Shown here piece by piece: positions 23,801-34,247 of a stretch of DNA of 64,000 nucleotides (position 1 is the first letter of the stretch; each line of letters begins with the position of its first letter). Where the stretch lies: positions 62,001 through 126,000 of the forward strand of contig QPMI01000472.1 of NCBI GenBank assembly GCA_004431415.1, read 5' to 3'. Source of the DNA: Cyanophora paradoxa CCMP329. Its lineage: Eukaryota > Plantae > Glaucophyta. The notes under the pieces were generated by a model that saw nothing but the letters and a program-made list of their open reading frames with translations, was not told the origin of the DNA and ran no database searches. The position numbers and the translations under genes are program-made.

Positions 23801-26800
23801 GTCCTGAGCTTGCTCCATGCGTACAGTTCCGCGGAGCAGGCGTGCCGGATGTATTCCCGCGGGCTGCGGCAGCTCGCGTGCTGGACGAAATCGGAGTACC
23901 AGCGGATCGCGTTCATGTTGTCGACGTGTAGAACCGCTCCGAAAGGCGAGAGCAGGTCAGCCATGAGCACCGCCTGGAGTTCCGCCTTGTTGATCTCCTG
24001 CAGGCCCCGGAGCCGGGCAAAGAAGTCCGTGAGGATACCCGGCGGGTGCAGGCTTGCGCCAGTTCTGAGGTCCGTTTCCGGCCAGTGTACTGCGTAGCCC
24101 GCGCGAGCGTTAACCGTCTGGCCCTCTTTCAGGCTCCCGTCCGTCCAGGCGTACGCTGGGGCGTCGGCCACGTATGAGCCGCCGGACGCCGCCTCGGCCT
24201 CCAGGTGCTCTTTGCGGTAGCGGGCTTCGAGGCCCTTCCAGGTCTCCAGGTATGCAACCCAACTGTACGGATCGGCCTGATAGTAATATAGCTCGCGCGC
24301 CTCCTTGTTGGAGCTGACCGGGGGCGCTTCATCTTGCGGCAGGGGGGCAAGTCGGGCGGGTTCGCCTCGAGCGTGGCGAGGTGAGCGGCGTCGGGCTCGG
24401 AGAGGAGGTGCCAGTTGACCCTCTCATCGCCCTCCTGCTTTGCCTGCAGCAGCATCCGCCATCGGTGCGCAGTGATGGTCGCGGCCGCCTGCCTGAAGGG
24501 CTTGAAGTATTCAAGACGGGCTTGGCGCAGGACCTGGCGACTGGCGCGCCCCGAGCGCGTCTGTACCTGCCCCTCGCATTCTTCCACGGGGGCGCCCGAC
24601 ACTTCTACTAGCTCCACCGTGCCGGGGATCGTGCAGAGTGCGGACGCGTGCTCTACCCATCCTCCACCGCCGTCCCGTACTTGCCCTCGTCATCGCAGGT
24701 GCTCGTCGCCCGGCAGGCCGCGCCGGCGCCTTGAGGGCAGACGTGGTTGTCGTGCCAGTGGCGGCGGCCCTCTCCCGGTACGATATTAAAGCGGCGCGCA
24801 GCTGGGGCGGGCGGCCCTTCGCGGGGTCCGAGCTGACAGTGGCCATCGCAGCGGCAGTAGGCTCCGTTGGCCTCGTCGTCGGCCTCTTCTGGGACGGGGA
24901 CCCAGTGCTCCAGCCGGCACTCCGTCGCTACTAGGCTGCCGGCCTCGGCCTCAGCGGAGCGGACCCGGCCGATTTCCGGTACCGCATCCGTCTCGTGAAT
25001 CGTTGCGAGGTCGTAGTAGCAGACGAAGTCTCCCGGTTGGTGAATTAACTTCCTTGCCCCGCCCGGAAGCTGTACCATGGCCGAGGAAGGGGTACCGGGC
25101 GGTTGCCGCATGGGTATCGGAGGGCGCCCGAACCGCGCCCGTCGATCGTGAGGGCCTTGGCCACCGCCTTCCACCAGGCGGGCGCTGCCCAAGGGAGCGT
25201 GCCGCGGGGGCGCGGAGGTGCAGGTCTCGCCAGGTGCAGAGGCGTTCCCCATCGCGCGCCGTGACGTCGGACATCCAGTAGAGCCGTGCGCGGTGGAGGG
25301 CGGGCGCAGCCGTGCTGAACACTTCCCGGGGAATGTGTGAGGTAAGCACGAATTCCCGGCGCAGTTCCGCGGGGTCGGGCCAAGTGGCTGCGGGGGGTAC
25401 GGCGTGAACAAGAAGCGGGCGTGGTTGGACTGGATCCGGTAGAGCCGGCGCTGCAGGAGCGGCATCACTGCGGCGATCGCATTCGATCGAGCAAGCTGGC
25501 GTGACACTGGGGCGTTCAGGAACTCGGTCGGCAGCAGCGGGACGCCTAGCTTGCGCTGGAGGTCCCGGATGCGGTGCATCATCACCTGAGATAGCAGCTC
25601 TTCCGGCTCGCCACAGAGGCGGACGAGCAGATCCGTGATTTGGTTCTTGGCCATCATGTGCGCTGTGCGCGGCAGGCTGTACGTGCCGTGGCTCCAGAGC
25701 GCGTAGTTGGAAGTCGATGCCGCCAGGCCCCATGGTGCTTAACCACGCGCATCCAGATGGCATCTAGGCGATCGCACTGCCTCTCTGTGAGCGGCGTCAC
25801 TTTGAGCCCGTAGGCGATCCGCGCCTGCACGACGGCCTCGACAACGTAGCAGGCCTCTTGCGCGGTCAGCTGCTTACGAGCTATGACCGCCACCGTCTCG
25901 CGAGCCTGCGTTTCCATCTGTCTGATCTGCTCCTTCCACGACAGGTTCGCGGTCAGGTAGACGCCGAGCAGCTTGAAATGCTCGCCCGGTTTCAGCTTCT
26001 TGCCGACCGGGACGCGGGGATTGCCGAGCAGCGGGGTTCAGGCTCGGGTGAGACGTTGTTGTACGCAAACTCTGTTTTCCGCGCGTTGACGGCGATGTCG
26101 TGCAGGCGGAAGAATTCAGACGCCACGTCCGCGAGCATCTGGATCCCTTCGGCCGATCCGCTCATCCACTGCGTGTCGTCCGCGTAGGCGCTCCCGGTCA
26201 CCCGTGCGGGGCGAAGTCCGCGTCGTCTTCGCCCATGCCCATGACGTACGCGACCCCCGCGCCCCCCTTTTCCTGCTCGAGCCTGTCCAATTCTTGTTGA
26301 GCGCAGAGCAAGGCATCGTAGAAGATGAGCCAGTGGAGCGGGGATTCGATGCCGCCCTGCGGGAGCCCACATTCGAGTTCAAACACGTCTGACAGTCCGT
26401 GGCCCGTGATAGCTCGCGCCCGGCGTCGTTCGAATATGTTGCGGTGCAGGTCGATGTACGTCTCGGGGGCCCCGATGCGTCGGAGGGAGAGCTCCATGCT
26501 GGCCCAGGAAACTGAATCGTACGCCCGTCTGATATCCTGTAGCAAGAGGTAGATGGGCTTGCGGTGCTCCTTAGCGTCCTCTAGAATAGCGACCATTAGG
26601 TGAAGGGCATCATCGGTCGCCTTAGCCTTCCTGAAGCCATAATTTACCCCCTTAAGGATTCCGTGCTTCTCGATGGCCTCGGCTAGCCGTTTCGTGACGA
26701 GGCCCGTCGTTAGCTTGAGGCCAACTTCCTGCAGCGTGATCGGGCGGAGGTTCCCTTCAATGTCTCCGTCCCAGCTCCCGTTCTTGGGGATCCCGAAGAT

Positions 26801-29800
26801 ATTGCTCTCACACATCTCGGCGGGCAGGTCGCGCAGGCGGAGGGCCTCGCAGACGATGGCCATCAGGAGCCGACGACCGCGGGGGGGGTACGCCTCTGGA
26901 TCCATGGCGTCCGGCAGGTCGGGGTTCCAGAGCGTCTTCAGGATCGCGTTCGTGCAGTTGGAGGGCCCTCCCGCTCCATCCGTGAGCGAGCGCACGTGTG
27001 CCCCTAGCTCTTCGTACGTAGGCTCAGCCATGACTCCCGCGAAGGCTTCCGCGGTCGCCACGTGCGTCCCGAGGGGGCGGTAGAGCGCGCGCCAGAAGTC
27101 GGGGGCAGGAAGGCTAGCTGGGAGTCGGGTATTAAGTCCGCTGTGCACCCTACCAGGGGTTTCTCTTCGCACACCACTGACGCCAGTGCTCCGCCATCAC
27201 TGCCTTCACCTCCTCGGGGGCCGTGTAAATTTCATAGAAGTTGCCTTCGCGCGCGAGGCGGGTGACGTGCATGATCGGCTCCCCCTGGACCGCTCCAGAA
27301 TGGAGTCTAGATAGCTGCGCAGCTTGCGCGGGTCTGCAAACCGGGCCTGGCGCGCAGTAACGAATTCCTGGATCTGTCGCTGCTTCTCTGCGCGCGTCTC
27401 GTGTTGGTGGCGCCGGCGGACGCGGTTGCGCCATGCGTTCAGCGACCGGAAGTACAGCCGCCACGCTACGTAGCGCCCCGGGAACGGCGCCTCGTCGTCA
27501 GCGTCGCGTACGGGGCGGCGGGGCATGGGTTCGGGTCCGGGGACGAGCCCTTTGATGAGAGCCTCCAGTTTCTCGATCCGGGCGACCAGCGGGGCCGACG
27601 GCAAGCCTCCGGGCGCTTCAACAGTCCATCCAGCGATCAGGCGCTCCACTTTCTTGGACATGACCAGCTGCCACGGCACCGCTCTGCGAGTGGCGGGCGC
27701 GATCCGCGGGCTTTCAAGCATTTGTGTTCCTTAGCGAGTGTCAGCACCGCCTCCGTGGCCTGTCGGTAGAGAGAGCTGACCCGGTCCCTGCGCTCTTGTT
27801 CCGTGCCCGCCGCGCCTAGCGCTTTCTCAAGATCGCTTTCCAGGGCTTGCAGACGGTCTTCTACAGCCTTTCGGAAGGCCGGCAGCTTCTCCTTCTCAAG
27901 TAGGTGCGGTGCGAAGAGCGGCGGCGGGTGCGCCGGGCGGGCATCGCCCGCGGGCGGTCTGGCGAGTTCGGCTTTGAGCAGATCGTAGTCGGCCATGACC
28001 GGGAAGTGGTCAGAGGGGTGCGGTAGCGCCACCTCTGGCGGCAGCGGGTGCACCGCCAGGAGCGCTGGCGCGAGACCTGCAGAGTGCAACACCGCATCGA
28101 TACGTCCTGCCGAGATGACCGCGGCGCCTTCGGCGACGGCGGGCCCGTCCATTTGCTGGTCCTGTTCCGAGTCCGAGTCGTCGGCGCCGTCGTCCCCGCC
28201 ATCCTCTTCGGCGCCGTGCTGGCTCGGGCCGCGCCTGATGAAGGTAACTTCGTGTTCGTGGCCTTTCTGTGTCGCCGCGTCAACTAGTGCCCAGGTGCCG
28301 GTCAGTTTTCCCCACCACTCGCGTTCCGGCGTCCAGGACTGGACGAACCGTCCGCGCGGATGCGGGACGTGGCCGGCGTCTTCACGGAGTTCCAGTCGCC
28401 GAGAAGGATGAGGTGCGCGGTCGAGCGCGATCGGAAGTCCGCGTAGATGCGCTCGATGCATTCGAGGAGCGCCGCCTGATCGGTCTTGTGCTCAGGCTTC
28501 CGCTGGGTGGCCGGCATGTATACGCTCACTACGAAGAGCTGGCGGTTTCCCTTAAAGCGCATTTCACAGCCGGCAAGCCGGCCCGGGTAGTGATAGTGGC
28601 GCGCGATGTGCCGCGCCCAGGGCGCCGCCACCCATAGCGCCGCTCCGTTTCCTTTCGGTTTTGTTTTCTTAATTGAGTGGATTAGGCGACCCCGCGTGAT
28701 CGAGCTCTTGGGGGGCTCGCCGGGCTCCGCTGCCGGGGTGAAGAGCGCCGAGTGCAGTTCGGCGCGCGTGACTGAGAGCTCTTGGAGAGCCATCACGTCG
28801 ACCCCCCATTTCACGGCGAAGTCTTCGGCCTGCTGAAGCCGGCCCTCGGACGTGCCCCGCACGTTAAAGGTCATCATCCTGAGATTCCCCTCCGGCTTGT
28901 GGCGCATGAGCGATGGGGGCGGGCCTATGAGGGGGCTCCCTGAGGCGTAATGGGTGGTTGGGAAAAGGTCGCCAAACGAGATATGCCCCGGAGCGTTAGT
29001 GTTGACGTCTACAGCGGCAGACACGTTAGGGGGTCGGACAGCGTCTAGGGTTGGAGGATGTCTGTGCTCGGCGGGACGCGCGCAGCGGTCCGACTGATCA
29101 GCTAGTTGGTCACATCTGGCTGCCCAGAGATGCGCGTGCACGTGGTTCCAGGCGTGCGTGTGCCTAGCCGCCCCGGACCCGTCGCCTGTGCGCCGCATCG
29201 TCCAAGTCTCAAAAGTCTGCGGTCGGGAAGCCGTCAAATTACAGCTGACACGTACAGTAGCGGCCTCGCAGGAAAGGGGCGCTAAATGCGCGTCTGGGCG
29301 GGAAATGGGCGATGCGGCTTGCCCAGCCTCAGCGACTTGGCGCTTGGGGGAGGAGGAGGAGGCGGGTCTGAGAGCGGGTCGGTAGAGAGCGGGTCGGCAG
29401 CGGGTGTATGGCGAGGCGTGGCCAGGGAGGCCAGACGTAGCTCGGCAAGGAGATTGATTCAAGAGGGCGGTCCAGGGTGTGCGTGAGACGCGGTAACTGC
29501 TTGCAGTTACATCACCCAGGGACTCCCGGGCGATGTTGCCGCGTTGGCGGGGCGGTTTGGAGAGAGTGGCCGGCATACCTACGCAGACATCGCGGCGGAC
29601 GCTACCTAGGCTGTCGCGGCCTCTACTCTCGCACTGGTGATCGCGCACGCAGCGCTACGCTGCGAGCTAGGCGGGTTGGCAGGCGCCTTCCTGTTTTTTT
29701 CCCACGGGGGGTATCCCCGTGCCCATCGGTGCGGGCTTTACCTCCTGAAGTCCGCTGGACGCCGGCCGACTCGGCGACTCCGCGCAGGGGACGCGCATGC

Positions 29801-31863
29801 CGGCGGGCTCGCCCACTTGCGAGGCCTGCCCGCCGAACACGGTTTCTGGGCCCGGCGCTTCCGATTGCAGCGCCTGCGAGGCGGGGTTTGTCTCCGACGA
29901 TGGGCTGGCGTGCGCCGCGTGCCCGCCCGGGTCGTTCCGCGCGAGCCTCAATCCGAACGCGGCTTGCACGCCGTGGTACGTCAACGTCGAGGCTCTAGAT
30001 CTGTCCGCGTTGCATCGAATAGTCGCGCTCCCCGCAGCCCATCGGGAACGTACGCCCCCGGGAACGGGAGCGCGGTCTGCCAGGCCTGCCCGCCGCGAAC
30101 GCTCTGCCCGGTCGCTACCAGCGAGCCGCACTTGCTCGACCTCTCCTCCGCGTCGCTGCGGTCGGAGCCGACGAGGCGCCGGGCGCGCCGCCGGGTGCTG
30201 GACTTCGATCCCGAGGACGCGAACCTGAACGGCGACCCGTTCGAGTACGGCAAGAACACGGGGACGGTCACTCAGGTCCGCGGAGCACACTCGAGCGTCC
30301 GCGTCGCCTATCCAACACGCGGCCGCGCAGGCCGTTGTCCGCACGGAGGAAGAGACGCTGGACCGCACCAACAGGGTACGATCCCACTTCAAACATTTGA
30401 GCCTCGCCCGTCCTCCGCTGAATTTCGCAGCTCTTCGCGATCATCGGGCGGGCGCTGTGTTCGGCGTCGCCCTGGTCGGGCTCGCTGCTTTCCTCTACCT
30501 GCGCGTCCTGCCCGCCGCAAGCATCGACCAGCGCGCCGCGCGCTACCGGCGCGTCCAGCGCCTCCACCTCCTCTTCCGCGGTGCCTCCTCTGTGGTCGTG
30601 TGGCATCAACGGCGTGCAGTCTGACGCGATCCGCAGAGGAGGTGGAGACGGACGAGACAAAGGATGAAAACACCGCGGAGGTGGACGGCAAGCAGAGCCA
30701 GACTGGCAAGCACGACGAAGCTCGAGCCCCGACGGACTTGGACGCGTACAGGAAGGGCGATCAAAAGGGGCGGACGGTCTCCGGCGCCGTGTTCAGCCTC
30801 CTCGCCGTCGCCGCCGTCCTCGTCGCTCTGGCCTTCGTTTTTGTCCAGTACGCCATTGCGAACTACAGCATCGTCCAGAGGCGAGTCCGAACGTGAGAAG
30901 AATGGCTGGACAAAACGGCTGAGATCGCTTCGCGCAGCCTGAACCCCGGCGTCTCGCCGTCGGCGGGCAACATATCCGGCGCCTTCTCCTTCTCCGCCAC
31001 CTTCCGCGGCTACCGGGGGGCCTGCGCCGCCAACGCCGACGCCGCCTTCGCCGCCTCCGGCATCGCCGGCGCGCAATCGATCAAGACCTCCCCGTACGAC
31101 TCCGGCGCCTCGTGCAAGTGCGCTTCGCCCCGCCTCCGATCAAGCTCCGCGCTCCTAACTACAGCAGCGTCACCTGGACCTGCGATGCGTGCCGCATCTC
31201 GTCCATCTCCGGCGCAGGAGTCACGCTCCGCCTCACCTCCCGCCTTGCCTCCGCCGTGTCGATCCTCTACACCATCAAGGCGAGCGCGCCTTCCGACTCT
31301 GCAGACCGCCGTCGGCGCCAACCGCTGCGCAGGTCCCGGAGCTCGTGACCGCCGACGGGTTCGTGCAGACCTCGCGCAACGACACGTGAGCCTCGGCGGA
31401 GCTCGCCATGATTCCTGCAGCTGACGCCCGGCGCACAGGGTCTTCCGCGGCTCGACGGCCGTCCCCCTCCCCATGGCCCTCACCCCCATGCACTTCACCT
31501 CCACGGACGACGTGCGCCGCCCGCCCCGATCGACCCTTCTCGCCGCGCTCACTTCTTTCCGCGAAGGGCCGCCCGCGCTACTTCGCGGCGCTCTCCCTAT
31601 CCGACACCGCGTCGGCCGAGCGAGACCCCGCCACCTTCGTGCGCGATCTCGACGGCCCGATTGACCTCTGCTCAAAGTCGGGCGCGCGCAGGGCCTCTGC
31701 TCGCCGAACCGCCCCCTGGCGTCCGCCGAGTGCGCCGACGAGTCGGTCGCCGCCTCCGCCACCTTCCGCGTCGCCGAGGCGCGACTTCACCCGACACTCT
31801 CGCGCCCTTCCTTACTTCTGACTGACTCCGGCGCCTCAGGTGTACGTGCTCGTCGACCGCAAG
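14892..31863 (+). CDS. Host intron-rich gene for a large cysteine-rich (GCC2/GCC3, TNFR-like repeat) transmembrane protein, interrupted by a LINE and a virus insertion; bounds approximate and may be pseudogenised
   Basis: Dozens of CxxCPxGxY/F repeats split over frames by ~50-65 nt introns; hydrophobic TM segments near 30440-30510 and 30780-30860; GC-rich. Confidence 0.75.
21439..29716 (-). mobile_element. Non-LTR retrotransposon (APE-RT-RNase H LINE), ~8.3 kb, flanked by a 15-16 bp TSD
   Basis: TSD ccgtgc(c)catcggtgc at 21424-21438 and 29717-29732; intronless reverse-strand pol domains. Confidence 0.9.
22452..28907 (-). CDS. LINE pol polyprotein: AP endonuclease, reverse transcriptase, RNase H, C-terminal zinc motif (multiple frameshifts)
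   Basis: APE: TFNVRG, ALQE, SVYMP, LGDWN, SDHFPV. RT: LRPITL, YGFR, DIRRAYDSV, GLPQG..SP, AYADD, FKLLG. RNase H: AWTDGS, NKAELQA, KVKAH, NDIAD. Zinc motif: CAGC...ETFPHVFLC. Confidence 0.88.
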
Positions 31864-33001
31864 ACACATATTGAAAAACGAATTTAAATCCCTCCGCTTC
31901 GCGCTTCGCGCTTCGCTCCTGGATTTAAATTCGTTTTTCAATATGTGTTAATTTAATACTAAAATACATATTTTTCGATTAATTTCTTTAACTTTTTATG
32001 CAAACTTTGTATAAAATAATGCAAACTTTGTATTAAAAATGAAAACGCGTTTACCAAAATGCATATTTTCGATTAAACTTCGATAGATTCAATTGATCTT
32101 TTATCGATTGATTATGTACTTTGTTGTTTACATACAAATCTGCGATAGATTAACATTAAACTACTTAAAGAACGATATAATCGCGATTAATTCGCATAAA
32201 TTCGCATAAACTCGATATATCTCTCATGTATTGAAGTAGACCACCGCCCATTCTGTATCGAAAAACGCAAAAAGTGTCACAGAGTTGCATGGTCTCCAAT
32301 TGAACAATCGATTAGATTCCATATGTTCTATAAAACATAATAAATGAATTCAAGTGTGACAGGTAGTATTCAAATGATATTCAGTAAGAGATATATTTGT
32401 TTTTGAGAAAGTCAGTAAGAGGGGTAGAATGTCTGTGACAGGTGTGACAGGTGTGACAGGTGTTTTCAAAAGTCTGTCATTTTTGAAAAATTTAAAAAGT
32501 TTGAAAATAGGTGTCACACCTGTCACACCTGTCACACTCAATTAAACTATCTGTCACACCCGATCTCCTTACCATTTTCAGTAAGACAGAAAAGTATTCA
32601 TGAAATCGACTATTGTTGGGTGGATTTTGAAGGTGTCACACCTGTCACAAAGACTGTTTTCAGTAAGACAACAATAAATTCTTGACAATCTCAGTAATAA
32701 ATAGAGTCTTTTGTTAATTTGGTGTGACGGGTGTGACAGGTGTGACAGGTGTTTTCAAAAGTCTGTCATTTTTGAAAAATTTAAAAAGTTTGAAAATAGG
32801 TGTCACACCTGTCACAGGCGTCACAGTCAATTAAATAGGTGTCACACCCGATTATCGGACCATTTTCAGTAAGCCCATCTGAAATTCTGAATTTCTCAGT
32901 GTCAACTAACTCGGAAATCGCAATACTCTATGTTTCTCCGATTTCTCCAACCCTGAAAACACACCTGTTATTCTCTCATCTATCTCATGAGATACTCTCG
33001 T
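31864..33001. repeat. Left terminal inverted repeat region (~1138 bp) with terminal hairpin and GTGTGACAG iteron cassettes
   Basis: Reverse complement of the right end at its outer ~450 bp and inner 143 bp; palindrome arms at 31864-31891 and 31921-31948. Confidence 0.88.
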
Positions 33002-33048
33002 TTCGCCAAAAATTGACAAACGATTTCCCATCATGCTGTAAAGGAAAC

Positions 33049-33303
33049 ATGCCGATTAACCAGCAATATCACAATTTCCATGGGACTTACATCTTGATTG
33101 TCAAGAAACTCCCAGAGCATTATGAGATCTTCCAAGAGATGGGATTGCGAATTACAAGGAGATCAACCCTTTGTAGATTCTTGAAAAAGAATGGTGCTAA
33201 ATGGGATAAGACAATTCGCAAATGGTATACAGAAGATCCCAAGAGTCCCCTTCTGGATGTTTTCGAAACAGTGAATTTGGATCGGTTTAATCATTACCAA
33301 TAG
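33049..33303 (+). CDS. Small protein with DUF5710-like motif
   Basis: LKKNGAKWDKTIRKWY resembles the K..GA.WD...K.WY signature; AAAAATTGA 33 nt upstream of the ATG. Confidence 0.55.
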   Translation: MPINQQYHNFHGTYILIVKKLPEHYEIFQEMGLRITRRSTLCRFLKKNGAKWDKTIRKWYTEDPKSPLLDVFETVNLDRFNHYQ

Positions 33304-34219
33304 CCAGAAACTCCAACTGGAATGAGTTGTCTATCCCATTCATGTCTACAAGATCACCATAATAATCTCTAAACTCAACTGTTAACTCTCTAATGACCAA
33401 ATTGCGATCGGTTATTTTTATGTATTCACTGTGCTCTCCACTGTGATAAACATACTGTCCAATATCTTTACTTAATTGCAATCTGAGAATCGCCCCTTGA
33501 TTCTGTGGTTGTGATCTTGGGACAATATTGTGGTTTGTAGCAAATGGGGAGAGTTCTTTAATGTGCATGTATAAATACTGTTCTGCATTCATATCTGTCA
33601 TCTTGGATGCTTCTAACTTGTAGTTTAAGCGAGATGCCTCAAATTCATATCCTGTGAATGTTATTCCCCATTGGGGATGGTTTGGGGTGATTGGTACTCC
33701 TGCAAAATAGAGGAAATTCTCTGGGGCATATAAAGACCTTGCAGACTCTGGGAAATCGTAGATGTGCTCAATTGAAGCGACCCAATCAACAGAACTCACC
33801 CCAAGAAGTTTACCCAATCGCTGTGTAGATGCTACCAATTCGAATTGAACATTACTGTAAAACTCTAACTTGTAGGAAGTAGGGTTGTAGTAGACCTTGA
33901 ATGCATATGTGAGATTGTTGCTCCCAGTAAAGGTGAAATTCAGACCATAATTATATGGACTGGTGACCCCGAAATGCCCTTGATTAATATACCCACTTGG
34001 GAGAAGGAAGACCTGTTTGGTTTCAGAGATGCCTTGGTAGAAGAATCTGACAAGAAGGTGGTCTGTTCCAATGGAATTATAGATGCTGTTGGGGATCTCT
34101 GCATACAAAACTCGACATTCTCTTGGTTTGGTTACTGGGGTTGTGAGTGCAACTTTGTAGGAGTTTTCTATTTGTCCATCTGATCGGTCTCTGCTATCTA
34201 TATTGACCAGCCGAATCAT
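33287..34219 (-). CDS. Minor capsid (penton-like, single jelly-roll) protein 1
   Basis: N-terminal IDSRDR...Y.V.L.......AEIPNSIYN and C-terminal LTVEFRDYYG.LVDMNG.DNSF.LEF, typical of PLV/NCLDV pentons; next to the MCP. Confidence 0.8.
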   Translation of the reverse strand: MIRLVNIDSRDRSDGQIENSYKVALTTPVTKPRECRVLYAEIPNSIYNSIGTDHLLVRFFYQGISETKQVFLLPSGYINQGHFGVTSPYNYGLNFTFTGSNNLTYAFKVYYNPTSYKLEFYSNVQFELVASTQRLGKLLGVSSVDWVASIEHIYDFPESARSLYAPENFLYFAGVPITPNHPQWGITFTGYEFEASRLNYKLEASKMTDMNAEQYLYMHIKELSPFATNHNIVPRSQPQNQGAILRLQLSKDIGQYVYHSGEHSEYIKITDRNLVIRELTVEFRDYYGDLVDMNGIDNSFQLEFLAIGND

Positions 34220-34247
34220 TTTAATATATGTTTATAGATAAAAGAAG

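Noticed and set aside
31858-31863. Target-site duplication for copy B
   Set aside because: The left flank cgcaag does not match the right flank gttcct; no TSD can be assigned.
14957-31941. Numerous overlapping Arg/Ala/Pro-rich ORFs in all six frames
   Set aside because: Expected from high GC content; better explained by the spliced host gene on the plus strand and the LINE pol on the minus strand.
32839-33048. N-terminal extension of the 154-aa ORF matching minus-strand ORF 13725-13931
   Set aside because: It is the antisense of the AdoMetDC 3' end duplicated in the TIR; the likely start is ATG 33049.
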